DNA of 64,000 bases from Treponemataceae bacterium (GCA_963678065.2 CAXXVZ010000004.1:480001-544000), one strand, 5' to 3'. Counted from the stretch's first letter, positions 28,564-37,740 are shown. Numbers and translations: made by a program. The notes: generated by a model from the letters alone, not told the origin.

Positions 28564-29202
28564 ATGAAAAACCTACACATGACCATTGAACAGTCAAGTC
28601 TCTCCGACCAGGTATACGACGGGTTGAAAGGCCTCATCCTCTCAGGCTCCCTGGGGGGAGGGGAACATGTCCCCGAAGAGCAGCTCGCGGCACAATTCGG
28701 CGTCTCGCGCACACCCATACGCGAAGCGCTCAAGCGGCTTGCGGAATATGGCCTCATCGTCATCAAACCGCGCAGCAAGGTCACCGTCGCGGCCATCTCC
28801 AAGGACGAGGCCGTCCATATCGGCAGGGTTCGCCAGGCACTTGAGACACTGGCCTTTGAACTGCTGGCAGAGAAAGGGGATACTGAGACCTTCGCCGAAC
28901 TCGAGCGCGTTGCCGGAGCGTGCCAGGACGCGATGACCCGAGGCGATCGCGCGAAGGCCTTCGAGCTGGATACGGCCTTTCACCAGAAAATGATGGACCT
29001 CAGCGGCAATCCCACCCTCGCGGACATCTACAAACGCCTCGACAGCCGCATTCAGCTGCTGCGTCTACGCCAACACCTGACGCCCCAGGAGCTCCTTCCG
29101 TATATGGTGCATCATATACATCTCATCCGCTTCATGCGCACCGGAGATATCGAGAAGGCCAAGGACATAATCAGCCAGCACATATTCCACGATATCGACT
29201 GA
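28564..29202 (+). CDS. GntR-family (FadR/FCD) transcriptional regulator
   Basis: EEQLAAQFGVSRTPIREAL wHTH; FCD motifs D.AFH, GNPTL, HH. Confidence 0.93.
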   Translation: MKNLHMTIEQSSLSDQVYDGLKGLILSGSLGGGEHVPEEQLAAQFGVSRTPIREALKRLAEYGLIVIKPRSKVTVAAISKDEAVHIGRVRQALETLAFELLAEKGDTETFAELERVAGACQDAMTRGDRAKAFELDTAFHQKMMDLSGNPTLADIYKRLDSRIQLLRLRQHLTPQELLPYMVHHIHLIRFMRTGDIEKAKDIISQHIFHDID

Positions 29203-29212
29203 CCGGAGACTT

Positions 29213-30220
29213 TCAGTCGGGTCTGTACCCGGACATGTCCTGCACCCACTGTTCCACGAGCTGAAGGCCTTCGACAGAGTGCGCGAAATACGCATTCGGC
29301 TTTCGGCCCCAGAGCCCAATGTAGTCCACGATTGTCTCGCCCCTCGTGTATCTTCCGGAGGTTTCCACATCCATCGCCGCATGGATCGTACCGAACCACG
29401 AGGGATCGATGAGATAGGCTGTAGCGGTGAGATCATTGAGGCCGATCCCGCCCTTGCGTGTTGTTACCTGATCCCCAGCCTTGATGCTGCCTACTATGTT
29501 CCCTTTGGCGTCTTTTATGAGTTTGACGGCCTTCGTTCTGCGGAAATCCAGAATCTTGATAAGGAAATCGGTAACCTCGGTCTTTGACGCCCCGATCCTG
29601 TCCAGGTCCGCGACTGTCTGGGTAACGAGGTTGCACACATCCAAGCCAATCTGGACGACGGGAATGCCGGAATTGAATACGACATGCGCAGCCTCCGGAT
29701 CTACCGCCGCGTTGAAGCTTGCGCGAGGCGACTCGTTTCCGCTGACTTTGACCGCGCCGCCCATGAAAATGACTTGTGCGACATGGGACGCGAATTCCTT
29801 GTCCAGAAGCACGGCGAGGGCTACATTCGTAAGCGGCCCGAGGGCGAGAATGGTGACAGGCTCTTCGGATTCCTTCGCGATGCGGGCCATCTCCGCGGGA
29901 GCGTAGCCTTTCGCCTTTTTTGTCGTGGGCAAGGGTATGTCCGTATCGCCCAATCCATCCGCGCCGTGTATCCACTCGGCCTCTATGGGCTCCTTCACCA
30001 GGGGTCGGTACGCGCCGGCATAAACAGGGATGTCGGTGCGTCTGGCGACTTCGAGGACGCGCAGGGCGTTGATGACGCATTTGTCCACACCGACGTTGCC
30101 GTTGCTGATGGTCAGGGCTTTTATATCGAATTTGCCGGAAGCGATCGCCCAGAGGATCGACGCGGCGTCGTCGTCGCCGGGGTCCGTATCGATAATTACC
30201 GCTTTCTTGTGCATGTCCAC
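29213..30220 (-). CDS. Nucleoside hydrolase (IU-NH/Rih family), atypical active site
   Basis: DTDPGDDD Ca-binding motif, GN, IHGADG, LGPLTN, MGG; ASFN instead of AEFN and LND instead of LHD. Confidence 0.9.
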   Translation of the reverse strand: MDMHKKAVIIDTDPGDDDAASILWAIASGKFDIKALTISNGNVGVDKCVINALRVLEVARRTDIPVYAGAYRPLVKEPIEAEWIHGADGLGDTDIPLPTTKKAKGYAPAEMARIAKESEEPVTILALGPLTNVALAVLLDKEFASHVAQVIFMGGAVKVSGNESPRASFNAAVDPEAAHVVFNSGIPVVQIGLDVCNLVTQTVADLDRIGASKTEVTDFLIKILDFRRTKAVKLIKDAKGNIVGSIKAGDQVTTRKGGIGLNDLTATAYLIDPSWFGTIHAAMDVETSGRYTRGETIVDYIGLWGRKPNAYFAHSVEGLQLVEQWVQDMSGYRPD

Positions 30221-30222
30221 TC

Positions 30223-30711
30223 CTACTGAATTTCGCTCAGGGGCTTAAGCCACCGTTTCCCGGACAGATTGGTCTGTTCTATTTCGTTCAGCAGACCGAG
30301 GGAGATATCGTGTCTGCCGCCTTCGTAGGGCGTATCCAGCCAATTGGAGAGTATGTCCTGTGCTTCGAACAAACCTATGCAGCGTCCTCCGAAACACAGG
30401 ATATTCGACGCGTTGTGGGCCGATGTCATTTTTCCTTGATAGGACGTGGAGCAGAGCGCGGCCCGTACACCCGGATACTTGTTGGCGACTATGGACATCC
30501 CTATGCCGGTTGAACAGATGAGAATTCCGCGCTCGAAGGATGCTTCGGAAACGGCGGAAGCGACCATGGCCGCGTAATAGGGATAACGGACGATACTTTC
30601 GGAGTGGCAGCCGACATCCTCGACCTCATAGCCGCGCTTAAGCAGGAATTCTTTGAGGCCGGTCTTCAGACCAAAACCGCCGTGGTCGCAGCCGATTATG
30701 ATTTTCTTCAC
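30223..30711 (-). CDS. rpiB: Ribose-5-phosphate isomerase B family protein
   Basis: GCDHGG, ICSTGIGMSIVANK, HN, GGRH. Confidence 0.88.
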   Translation of the reverse strand: MKKIIIGCDHGGFGLKTGLKEFLLKRGYEVEDVGCHSESIVRYPYYAAMVASAVSEASFERGILICSTGIGMSIVANKYPGVRAALCSTSYQGKMTSAHNASNILCFGGRCIGLFEAQDILSNWLDTPYEGGRHDISLGLLNEIEQTNLSGKRWLKPLSEIQ

Positions 30712-30783
30712 GATCTCTCCTGAACCGCAACCTTCCTGACCGGCAGCACGGAGCTATGCCGGCCAAGAAGAGTGAGCTACCGC

Positions 30784-31836
30784 TTACCTCTTGAGCTGAT
30801 TCGCCTTGGTCCATTCGTCCAGATCCCTGGGATCCTTCGGCAGGACGATCTTGCCGGCGACAACGTCCTTGCGGACGGCGCTGACTATGTCCAGGATATC
30901 CTGCGGATACTTGATTTTGATCCCTTCGAGACTGACATCGCAGGCGCCGTCCTTGATTCCTTTCCGGACCGCGCCACCCTTCCAGGTGCCTTTGACCAAG
31001 GCTTCGATCTCCTGATACACGAAAACATCCGTCTTTTTCACCGAGGTGCAGAGGCTGAAGTTGGGGTCGGTCGTGCTCGGGCTGGTCGAGATGAAGTAGG
31101 CTTTCTGCTCTTTCGCGGCTTCGAGAAGGCCCAGGGCGCCGGCTCCGCAGTTGCCGGTTACGATATCGGCGCCGCGTTTGAAACCGGTAAGGGCGATTTC
31201 CTTGGCGGCGACCGGGTTCGAATAGGAACCGACAATCGTGTAGATGATCTGGACTGTCGGGTTGACATAGCGGGCACCGGCCATGAAGCCGGCGGCGCCG
31301 GCGCGGGAGGTCGGCGAATCCATTCCGCCGGCGTAGACGAGCACATTGGCGTCGTTGGACATCGGGAATATGGCCTTGTGTTTTCCCTGGGTCACGATGC
31401 CGGAGATGACGCCCGAGAGGAAGGCCTGTTCAGGGTCGATGGCCGCAACAGATGAAACGTTCTTTATGCCGCTCAGGGTCGTATCGACTATGGAGAAATT
31501 CTGGTCCGGGTAATCCTTCGCGAGATCTTCGACCGCATCGTTTGAATTGGAGCCCACATACATGACCAGGTCATATTTGTTGGCCTCGGTGTAGCTGCGC
31601 AGAGCCGATGCGACAGCGGCAAGATCCGAGGTATTGACCTGCGCATTGTCTACCTTGACGTTCAGCTCCTTGATCGCCTTCTTTACGCCGGAGAAGGCCT
31701 CGTCGTTGAAGCCATTGTCTCCGAGAAAACCTGTCACGACCGCGACATTGAAAGTCTTTGCGGCGGGCGCGGCAAAAACCGGGGCAAAGGAAATGACCGC
31801 GAGCGCACACGCGATGGAAACGACCATCCTTTTCAT
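30784..31836 (-). CDS. BMP/PnrA-family nucleoside-binding protein
   Basis: Signal peptide; LGDNGFND, GFMAGARYVNP, GADIV, TSVKK. Confidence 0.88.
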   Translation of the reverse strand: MKRMVVSIACALAVISFAPVFAAPAAKTFNVAVVTGFLGDNGFNDEAFSGVKKAIKELNVKVDNAQVNTSDLAAVASALRSYTEANKYDLVMYVGSNSNDAVEDLAKDYPDQNFSIVDTTLSGIKNVSSVAAIDPEQAFLSGVISGIVTQGKHKAIFPMSNDANVLVYAGGMDSPTSRAGAAGFMAGARYVNPTVQIIYTIVGSYSNPVAAKEIALTGFKRGADIVTGNCGAGALGLLEAAKEQKAYFISTSPSTTDPNFSLCTSVKKTDVFVYQEIEALVKGTWKGGAVRKGIKDGACDVSLEGIKIKYPQDILDIVSAVRKDVVAGKIVLPKDPRDLDEWTKANQLKR

Positions 31837-31923
31837 CTTGTCCTCCTGATTGTGTAGCGGGCTATAAGGTCCGCAAGGGTACCCGTAATCTCTGACGGAA
31901 CCGGCTATCTGCCGGCCCTGACT

Positions 31924-32733
31924 TTAGTCCAATTCCCCGATCTTCTGCATGAATTGCCTGACGGTTTCCGCGTCTACCGGATCGTTCATGTTGCCGCTCG
32001 GCTTTGTGCCGTAGCCAAAAATGCTGCCATCCGCGTCAGCGACGCAATCGACTGTTTTCAGGCTGATGCCGCTTCCCAGAATAACCGGTGTTTCGGGAAC
32101 AGCCTGGCGCACATGGCGAATCCTGTCGCGGTCCGGCGCCACGGCCGATTCAGCCCCGGACACGATGATGACATCAGCCATACCCCGTTCCACCATCTCG
32201 TGTGCAACCGTCGCCATGTCGCGTTGAACCAGGGGGCCGCCGTGCTTGCTGTAGATGTCAGAAAATATCAGGACACGCTCGGCCTGGATCATCCTGCGAT
32301 AGCGCATGGCCAGATGGGCCTCTCCATTGATCAAGCCCTGATCGGTAACCATGGTATCCGTGAGAATATTGAGGCGGATGAATTGGGCGTCCACTATCAT
32401 GGCGACGGCCAACGCGGCTTTCCATGAATTGCGCAGGATATTTATTCCAAGCGGCACGGAATATCGGCGCCGTATCTCCAGCGCAACCTGCGTCATGGCG
32501 GCGACTGTCTCCGGTTCGCAGGTAAAGGGATAGTAGGGGTAATCGCCGAGGTTTTCGACAATCAGGGCATTTATCCCGTTTTGAACCAGCGTCTGTGCAT
32601 CGATCAGGGCATGCTCTATGACCGCCGTCATACTGCCCCCATAATTTGGTGCCCCCGGAAGCGGAGGCAGATGAATCATGCCCAGGATAGGCCGTTTGGC
32701 AGCAAATATGTTCCGGAACTCATCTCTTTTCAT
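31924..32733 (-). CDS. BtpA/SgcQ family protein
   Basis: GMIHLPPLPGAP, VENLGDYP, GINILRN, DIYSKH, LGSG. Confidence 0.9.
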   Translation of the reverse strand: MKRDEFRNIFAAKRPILGMIHLPPLPGAPNYGGSMTAVIEHALIDAQTLVQNGINALIVENLGDYPYYPFTCEPETVAAMTQVALEIRRRYSVPLGINILRNSWKAALAVAMIVDAQFIRLNILTDTMVTDQGLINGEAHLAMRYRRMIQAERVLIFSDIYSKHGGPLVQRDMATVAHEMVERGMADVIIVSGAESAVAPDRDRIRHVRQAVPETPVILGSGISLKTVDCVADADGSIFGYGTKPSGNMNDPVDAETVRQFMQKIGELD

Positions 32734-33733
32734 TCTCTCTTTCCTCCTTGTATGAAACGATATCCTTGACCCACGTTTCCATCGCAGCCCTGGAGTCCAC
32801 CTCATACGCCCAGGCGGCATTCGGCTTGCGGCCCCACAAGCCCTTGAAATCGGCCACTGTCTGGCCGGGGCAAAGGCCGGTCGTATCGATATCTATATAC
32901 AAGTGCCGGACTTTGAACCAATCCGGATTGATGAGATACGCGGTCGCGGTCAGGTCGTTCAACCCGATCTCGCCGGGCTTGTCCGAGGCTTTCTGTTCGC
33001 CGATGATGTCGCCGCCTGCGTCGCGAATGGTCCTGACTGACTTTTCCCGGATATGCCTGAGCATACGGATGATGAAATCGGAGACGGGAGTGCCCGCCTG
33101 TCTGATTCTCTCCAGGTCCTCATCGGTCTGACGGACGCGATCGCAGACATCAAGCCCCAGCTGAACCACCGGAATCCCCGAGTTGTAGACAATCTTCGCG
33201 GCCTCGGGATCGATCGCCGGATTGAAGCTGGCAACCGGCGATTCATTGCCCGGCACCCGCACGGCGCCGCCCATGAAGAGAATGCGCTTCACATGGTTTT
33301 TGAGCTTTGCATCGAGCAGAATAGCGAGCGCGACATTCGTCAATGGCGCCAGCGCGAGGATGGTTATCGGTTCAGGAGATTCTTTCGCGATCCGGACAAT
33401 CTCCGCCGGCGCGAAGCCAGGCTGACACCGGATGCCCGGATCGGGGAATCCTGCGTCGCCGAGTCCATCCCGGCCGTGCACCCAGGCGGCATCCATGGGT
33501 TTCCGCAGGAAAGGCCGGAATCCTCCTTTGTAGACGGGGATGTCGGTCCTCTTGCAGGCGTCGAGAATTTTGAGGGCGTTGAGGGCGCACAGGTCGAGTC
33601 CGACATTGCCGTTGGCGATGGTGATGGCCTTGATGTCGAACCTTCCGTTTGTGATGACCCAAAAAAGGGATGCCGCGTCATCTACCCCGGGATCGGTATC
33701 GATGACGACCGCTTCTTTCATGATTTCATTCAT
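32720..33733 (-). CDS. Nucleoside hydrolase (IU-NH/Rih family), second paralogue, atypical active site
   Basis: DTDPGVDD, VHGRDG, LAPLTN; ASFN and LND substitutions; clearly similar to 29213-30220. Confidence 0.9.
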   Translation of the reverse strand: MNEIMKEAVVIDTDPGVDDAASLFWVITNGRFDIKAITIANGNVGLDLCALNALKILDACKRTDIPVYKGGFRPFLRKPMDAAWVHGRDGLGDAGFPDPGIRCQPGFAPAEIVRIAKESPEPITILALAPLTNVALAILLDAKLKNHVKRILFMGGAVRVPGNESPVASFNPAIDPEAAKIVYNSGIPVVQLGLDVCDRVRQTDEDLERIRQAGTPVSDFIIRMLRHIREKSVRTIRDAGGDIIGEQKASDKPGEIGLNDLTATAYLINPDWFKVRHLYIDIDTTGLCPGQTVADFKGLWGRKPNAAWAYEVDSRAAMETWVKDIVSYKEERENEKR

Positions 33734-33749
33734 GTGCAATTCCTGACCT

Positions 33750-34661
33750 TCAATCGTCGAAATGTTTGCCGACACCCGCCGGACCACGGACACCCTTGTA
33801 GTTCAGCATGGCGACAATCAAGGTAAATATGTACGGAACCATCATCAGGATCTGGCTCGGTGTGCCGATTCCCTGGAAGAGTGTCTGCAGGCTGTCGAAA
33901 AAGCCGAAGAACAGGCTCGAAATCGCCGCATAAAGCGGATTGCTGCGGCCGAGATCGGTTACGACCATGGCGACGTAGCCGCGGCCGGCTGTCATCTCGG
34001 TGATGAAGCGGTTCATGCGCACCAGGGAGAGGTATGCGCCTCCCATACCGCTGAACGCGCCACAGAGCAGTATCCCGATATATTTATACGCGACCGTATC
34101 GATTCCGACCGTATTGGCCGCTACCGGATTTTCACCCACCATGCGCATGCGCAGGCCGAAAACCGTGCGGTAGAGTATCAACCAACTGAGGAGCACGAGC
34201 GCGATGGCGATGTAGAAAAACAGGTTCTGCTCTGCGAGGATGGGCCCGATGAAAGGAATCCTGGCGAGCCATTCCGGATTACTCTTCGGCAGGGAGGGAA
34301 CTTCGGGAGAATAACCCGCCATCTTCCAGACGACTTTCAGGACAAGCGATCCCATCGCCAAGCCGAGCAGGTTGACGCACACGCTGCTCAATGTCCCGTT
34401 AACCCGGTGCGTTACGTGCAGGTAGGCATGAAGCAAGGAAATCAGCATCCCGCCAAGGACGGAACAGGCCACGCCGAACCACACATTCCCGGAGTAGTAG
34501 GAGCCGAGAGCGCCGCAGAATGCGCCGGTAATCATCATGCCTTCACAGCCGAAGGCCACTACCCCGCTCCGCACGGAGAAGCTCGCGCCAGTAGAGGCCA
34601 GCATGACGGGAACCGTCACGCGAAGCGTCGTCGATACGATCAGCGATATGGAAATATCCAT
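33750..34661 (-). CDS. Nucleoside (CUT2-type) ABC transporter permease
   Basis: EGMM, GLRMRMVGENP..A, AGRGY.A, PYIFT. Confidence 0.9.
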   Translation of the reverse strand: MDISISLIVSTTLRVTVPVMLASTGASFSVRSGVVAFGCEGMMITGAFCGALGSYYSGNVWFGVACSVLGGMLISLLHAYLHVTHRVNGTLSSVCVNLLGLAMGSLVLKVVWKMAGYSPEVPSLPKSNPEWLARIPFIGPILAEQNLFFYIAIALVLLSWLILYRTVFGLRMRMVGENPVAANTVGIDTVAYKYIGILLCGAFSGMGGAYLSLVRMNRFITEMTAGRGYVAMVVTDLGRSNPLYAAISSLFFGFFDSLQTLFQGIGTPSQILMMVPYIFTLIVAMLNYKGVRGPAGVGKHFDD

Positions 34662-34673
34662 GACTGAACCCTC

Positions 34674-35783
34674 CTATTCCGATTCGGTCATGCGCCCGGG
34701 TTCGGTGATTTTCCGGGCTTGACGCTTCTTCCCGATCCAGTCAGGCAGGAACATCACTATGCGTGGGGCGGTGATGGCGACTACGACCATAACCTGAATT
34801 ACTTTGACAAACTCAAACGGAATGGATGTTGTCCTGTTGACCTGCATGGCTCCGGCCTTGAGGATGCCGAACAGCAGTGAAGATAGAATAATTCCGACCG
34901 GGTTATAGGCCGCGAGGGCGGCCACGGAGATGCCTTCGAAGCCGTACCCGCTCGAGATGGGGTCCACATTGCGACCCAGGACGCCCAAGGTAATGTCCGC
35001 GCCGCCGATTCCGGCAATTGCGCCGCTGAGGAAAAAAGTCGCAAGGTATATCCAGGAAGAATTGATGCCGGCGACCTCGCCTGCCCGGCGATTCATGCCG
35101 GTAACCTTCATCTTGTATCCAAAAACAGTCCGCCTCTGGACAAAATAGACGATCACCGCGATCACGATGGCGATAATCAGCCCGTAGGTCAGCTGGGTCT
35201 TGGGAACGATCTTGGCAAGACGAGCGGTTTCAAGGATCCGCTTGGTCTGGGCGCTTGAGGCGTTTTCCGGCTTCAGCGGTCCGTTGCAGAGAAAGTTTAT
35301 GAAAAGTCCGATAATGCTATTGAGCATGATGCAGGTGATGGCCTCATGCGCGTTGAAACTGACCTTGAGAAAACCTGTCAGAAGGCCGACGAGGCCTCCT
35401 GCGATCGCGCCGGCCAGAATGGCTACCGCCAGGTGCGATATTCCCGGAAGGAAATTGACATAGGCGCCGACCAGGGCCGCGACAAGGCCACCAAGGAGGA
35501 GCTGCCCCTCGGCCCCGATGTTTATGATTCCAACCTTGAAGGTGATGGCGAAAGCCAGGCCGGTGAACAGCAGGGGAGTCGCTTCGCGCAGAGCAAGATA
35601 GAAGCCGTTCGGAGAACCCAGAGCTCCCTGGAAAATCAATCGATAGGTCTCAAGCGGCGAATAGCCGCTGATCGCGATGACAACGCCGCCGACAAAAAGG
35701 GAGAACAGCAGGGCGACGAGGGCCTGGACGATGGACTTCGTCATTTTCCTGAAACCGGTATTCACTTCATCACGCTTTTTCAT
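34674..35783 (-). CDS. Nucleoside (CUT2-type) ABC transporter permease
   Basis: TPLLFTGL, NIGAEGQ, IMLN, GYGFEGI.VAAL. Confidence 0.9.
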   Translation of the reverse strand: MKKRDEVNTGFRKMTKSIVQALVALLFSLFVGGVVIAISGYSPLETYRLIFQGALGSPNGFYLALREATPLLFTGLAFAITFKVGIINIGAEGQLLLGGLVAALVGAYVNFLPGISHLAVAILAGAIAGGLVGLLTGFLKVSFNAHEAITCIMLNSIIGLFINFLCNGPLKPENASSAQTKRILETARLAKIVPKTQLTYGLIIAIVIAVIVYFVQRRTVFGYKMKVTGMNRRAGEVAGINSSWIYLATFFLSGAIAGIGGADITLGVLGRNVDPISSGYGFEGISVAALAAYNPVGIILSSLLFGILKAGAMQVNRTTSIPFEFVKVIQVMVVVAITAPRIVMFLPDWIGKKRQARKITEPGRMTESE

Positions 35784-37305
35784 TGAGATGCCCCTTCGCG
35801 ACCGATACCGGATTCCCGGTCATCAAGAGTCCCAGTTCCGTTTTGGAGTAGGTATCCGGCAGGCACTCTGCCACGATGCGTCCTTCGAACATCACGATCA
35901 TCCGGTCGCTCAGGGTGCAGACCTCGTCGAGGTCGGCGGAGACCAACAGAACGGCCTTCCCTTGGTCGCGGAATTTCAGGATTTCCTGGTGGATGTACTC
36001 GATGGCGCTGACATCCAGTCCCCGGGTCGGGTGTGCAACGATCAAAACCTCAAGGTCCCGGCTCAAGGCCCGGGCCATCACTATTTTCTGCTGATTGCCT
36101 CCCGACAGGGACTTTGTCGCCGTGTCCCTGCCCGGTGCCTTTATATTGAACGCGCTTATGCAGCGATCGGCGTATTGATCGATATTCTTGCGCCTGAGCA
36201 GGCCATGACCGGAGATATCCGCGCTCTCATGATAGCCGAGAAACAGATTGTCCTTGACGCTCATCGGCAGCACCAAACCCATGGTTATGCGATCCTCAGG
36301 CACATGGCCGATTTTTTTCTTCAGGAAATCGTGCGCGTCTCCGCGCAAGGGTTCGCCGTCCAGACTCAGGTCCATCGAAGACGGTTTGACCAGGCCGGTA
36401 AGAGCCTCGAGCAGTTGAGTCTGCCCGTTGCCTTCCACGCCGGCAACGCCGAGGATCTCGCCGCGGCGTATCTCGAAGGCGATGTTTTTCAGCTTCTCGA
36501 TACCATGTTCTTTCATGCTGAGATTTTGCACGGCAAAGAGGGGTTCACCGATATTCTTCGAAGGACATCGCTTGTCCAGGTTGACGGAGCGCCCGACCAT
36601 GAGCGAGGAAAGTTCGTTCGTCGTTGAATGAGCCGGTGTGATGTCATCGCCGGTCACCCGGCCATTGCGCAAAACAACGACACGGTCTGCGATGGACATG
36701 GTCTCCCGGAGTTTGTGCGTTATGATGACAATGCTGGTCCCCTGCCCCTTCAGAACACGCAAGGTATCGAAGAGATCGCTCACTTCCTTGGGAGTCAGAA
36801 CCGCGGAAGGTTCGTCGAGTATGAGCACTTTGGCTTGCCGATAAAGGGCTTTGAGCACCTCGACCCTCTGGAGCTCGCCCACCGACAAGTTCCCGACAAG
36901 TGTGTTGGGGTCCAGGTTGAAGCGATAATGCTCTATCATGCGCCGGACATCGCCGGCAGCCTTCCGGCGGTCGACGAAAGGTCCTCTGTGCGGTTCGATA
37001 CCGACTATGATGTTATCGATGATGGAAAAAGCCGGCACCAGCATGAAATGCTGGTGTACCATGCAGATGCCAAGTTTTATCGCATCTTTCGGATCATGAA
37101 TCTGAACCGGCTTTTCATTATAGAAGATTTCTCCCTCGTCCGGATTGTACATGCCGTAAAGGATCTTCATCAGCGTTGTCTTTCCGGCTCCGTTTTCCCC
37201 GAGCAGGGAGAGGATCTCTCCCTGTCTGAGGTGAAAGCTGACATCATCGAGAGCCTTGATGCCGGGAAATGATTTGCTGATATGGGTCATCCTTACTACA
37301 TCCAT
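35770..37305 (-). CDS. Nucleoside/sugar ABC transporter ATP-binding protein (two NBDs)
   Basis: GENGAGKTT, MVHQHFMLV, LDEP, LSGGNQQK, PTRGLD. Confidence 0.95.
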   Translation of the reverse strand: MDVVRMTHISKSFPGIKALDDVSFHLRQGEILSLLGENGAGKTTLMKILYGMYNPDEGEIFYNEKPVQIHDPKDAIKLGICMVHQHFMLVPAFSIIDNIIVGIEPHRGPFVDRRKAAGDVRRMIEHYRFNLDPNTLVGNLSVGELQRVEVLKALYRQAKVLILDEPSAVLTPKEVSDLFDTLRVLKGQGTSIVIITHKLRETMSIADRVVVLRNGRVTGDDITPAHSTTNELSSLMVGRSVNLDKRCPSKNIGEPLFAVQNLSMKEHGIEKLKNIAFEIRRGEILGVAGVEGNGQTQLLEALTGLVKPSSMDLSLDGEPLRGDAHDFLKKKIGHVPEDRITMGLVLPMSVKDNLFLGYHESADISGHGLLRRKNIDQYADRCISAFNIKAPGRDTATKSLSGGNQQKIVMARALSRDLEVLIVAHPTRGLDVSAIEYIHQEILKFRDQGKAVLLVSADLDEVCTLSDRMIVMFEGRIVAECLPDTYSKTELGLLMTGNPVSVAKGHLNEKA

Positions 37306-37509
37306 CCGGAAACTCCTCGACCATGGCTATAGAGTGGCGATCAATCAAATCAAGCATGCCCGCTCAACAGGACACCTGGATCTTTCCTTAAAAACAGCAG
37401 TTGCCTTTCATCTGGTCGACGCGATCGATCCTTTGCTTCAGGCACACCCGGGATATGCGCAGGTCTTGTCCGCCTTGATACCTGTCATGACTTCAGGTCG
37501 ATTCGCGTC

Positions 37510-37549
37510 TTGTATACTGTATACTAAGATGGTTTTCCGGCCCTGTCAA
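37510..37549 (-). promoter_or_regulatory. Sigma70 promoter plus GntR-type operator of the nucleoside transporter operon
   Basis: Minus strand TTGACA-17 bp-TAGTAT overlapping GTATACAGTATAC (37512-37524). Confidence 0.75.
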
Positions 37550-37707
37550 TGAAAACATGACACGAATGCGCGACAGTTCAAAACCGTGAACTCGAGGAAT
37601 GGAGGAAGCAAAAGCCGGGGCGCTTCGGCAGAACTGTACGAAAAGAGAGGAAAGGCATTCATCGGACCTGACACAAACCACAAGGACTTTTGGGTGTATT
37701 TTTCCAA

Positions 37708-37734
37708 CAAAAAAGGCTCCCTTTCGGGAGCCTT
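37708..37734 (-). terminator. Rho-independent terminator downstream of the tRNA
   Basis: Minus strand AAGGCTCCC-GAAA-GGGAGCC-TTTTTTT. Confidence 0.85.
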
Positions 37735-37740
37735 AAATTA

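Noticed and set aside
25434..30711. Assignment as the known sulfoquinovose transketolase or D-apiose pathway
   Set aside because: No sulfoquinovosidase-like GH31 gene and no apulose kinase-like gene; nucleoside hydrolases, a BMP transporter and LarA are not part of those pathways. Used only as an analogy
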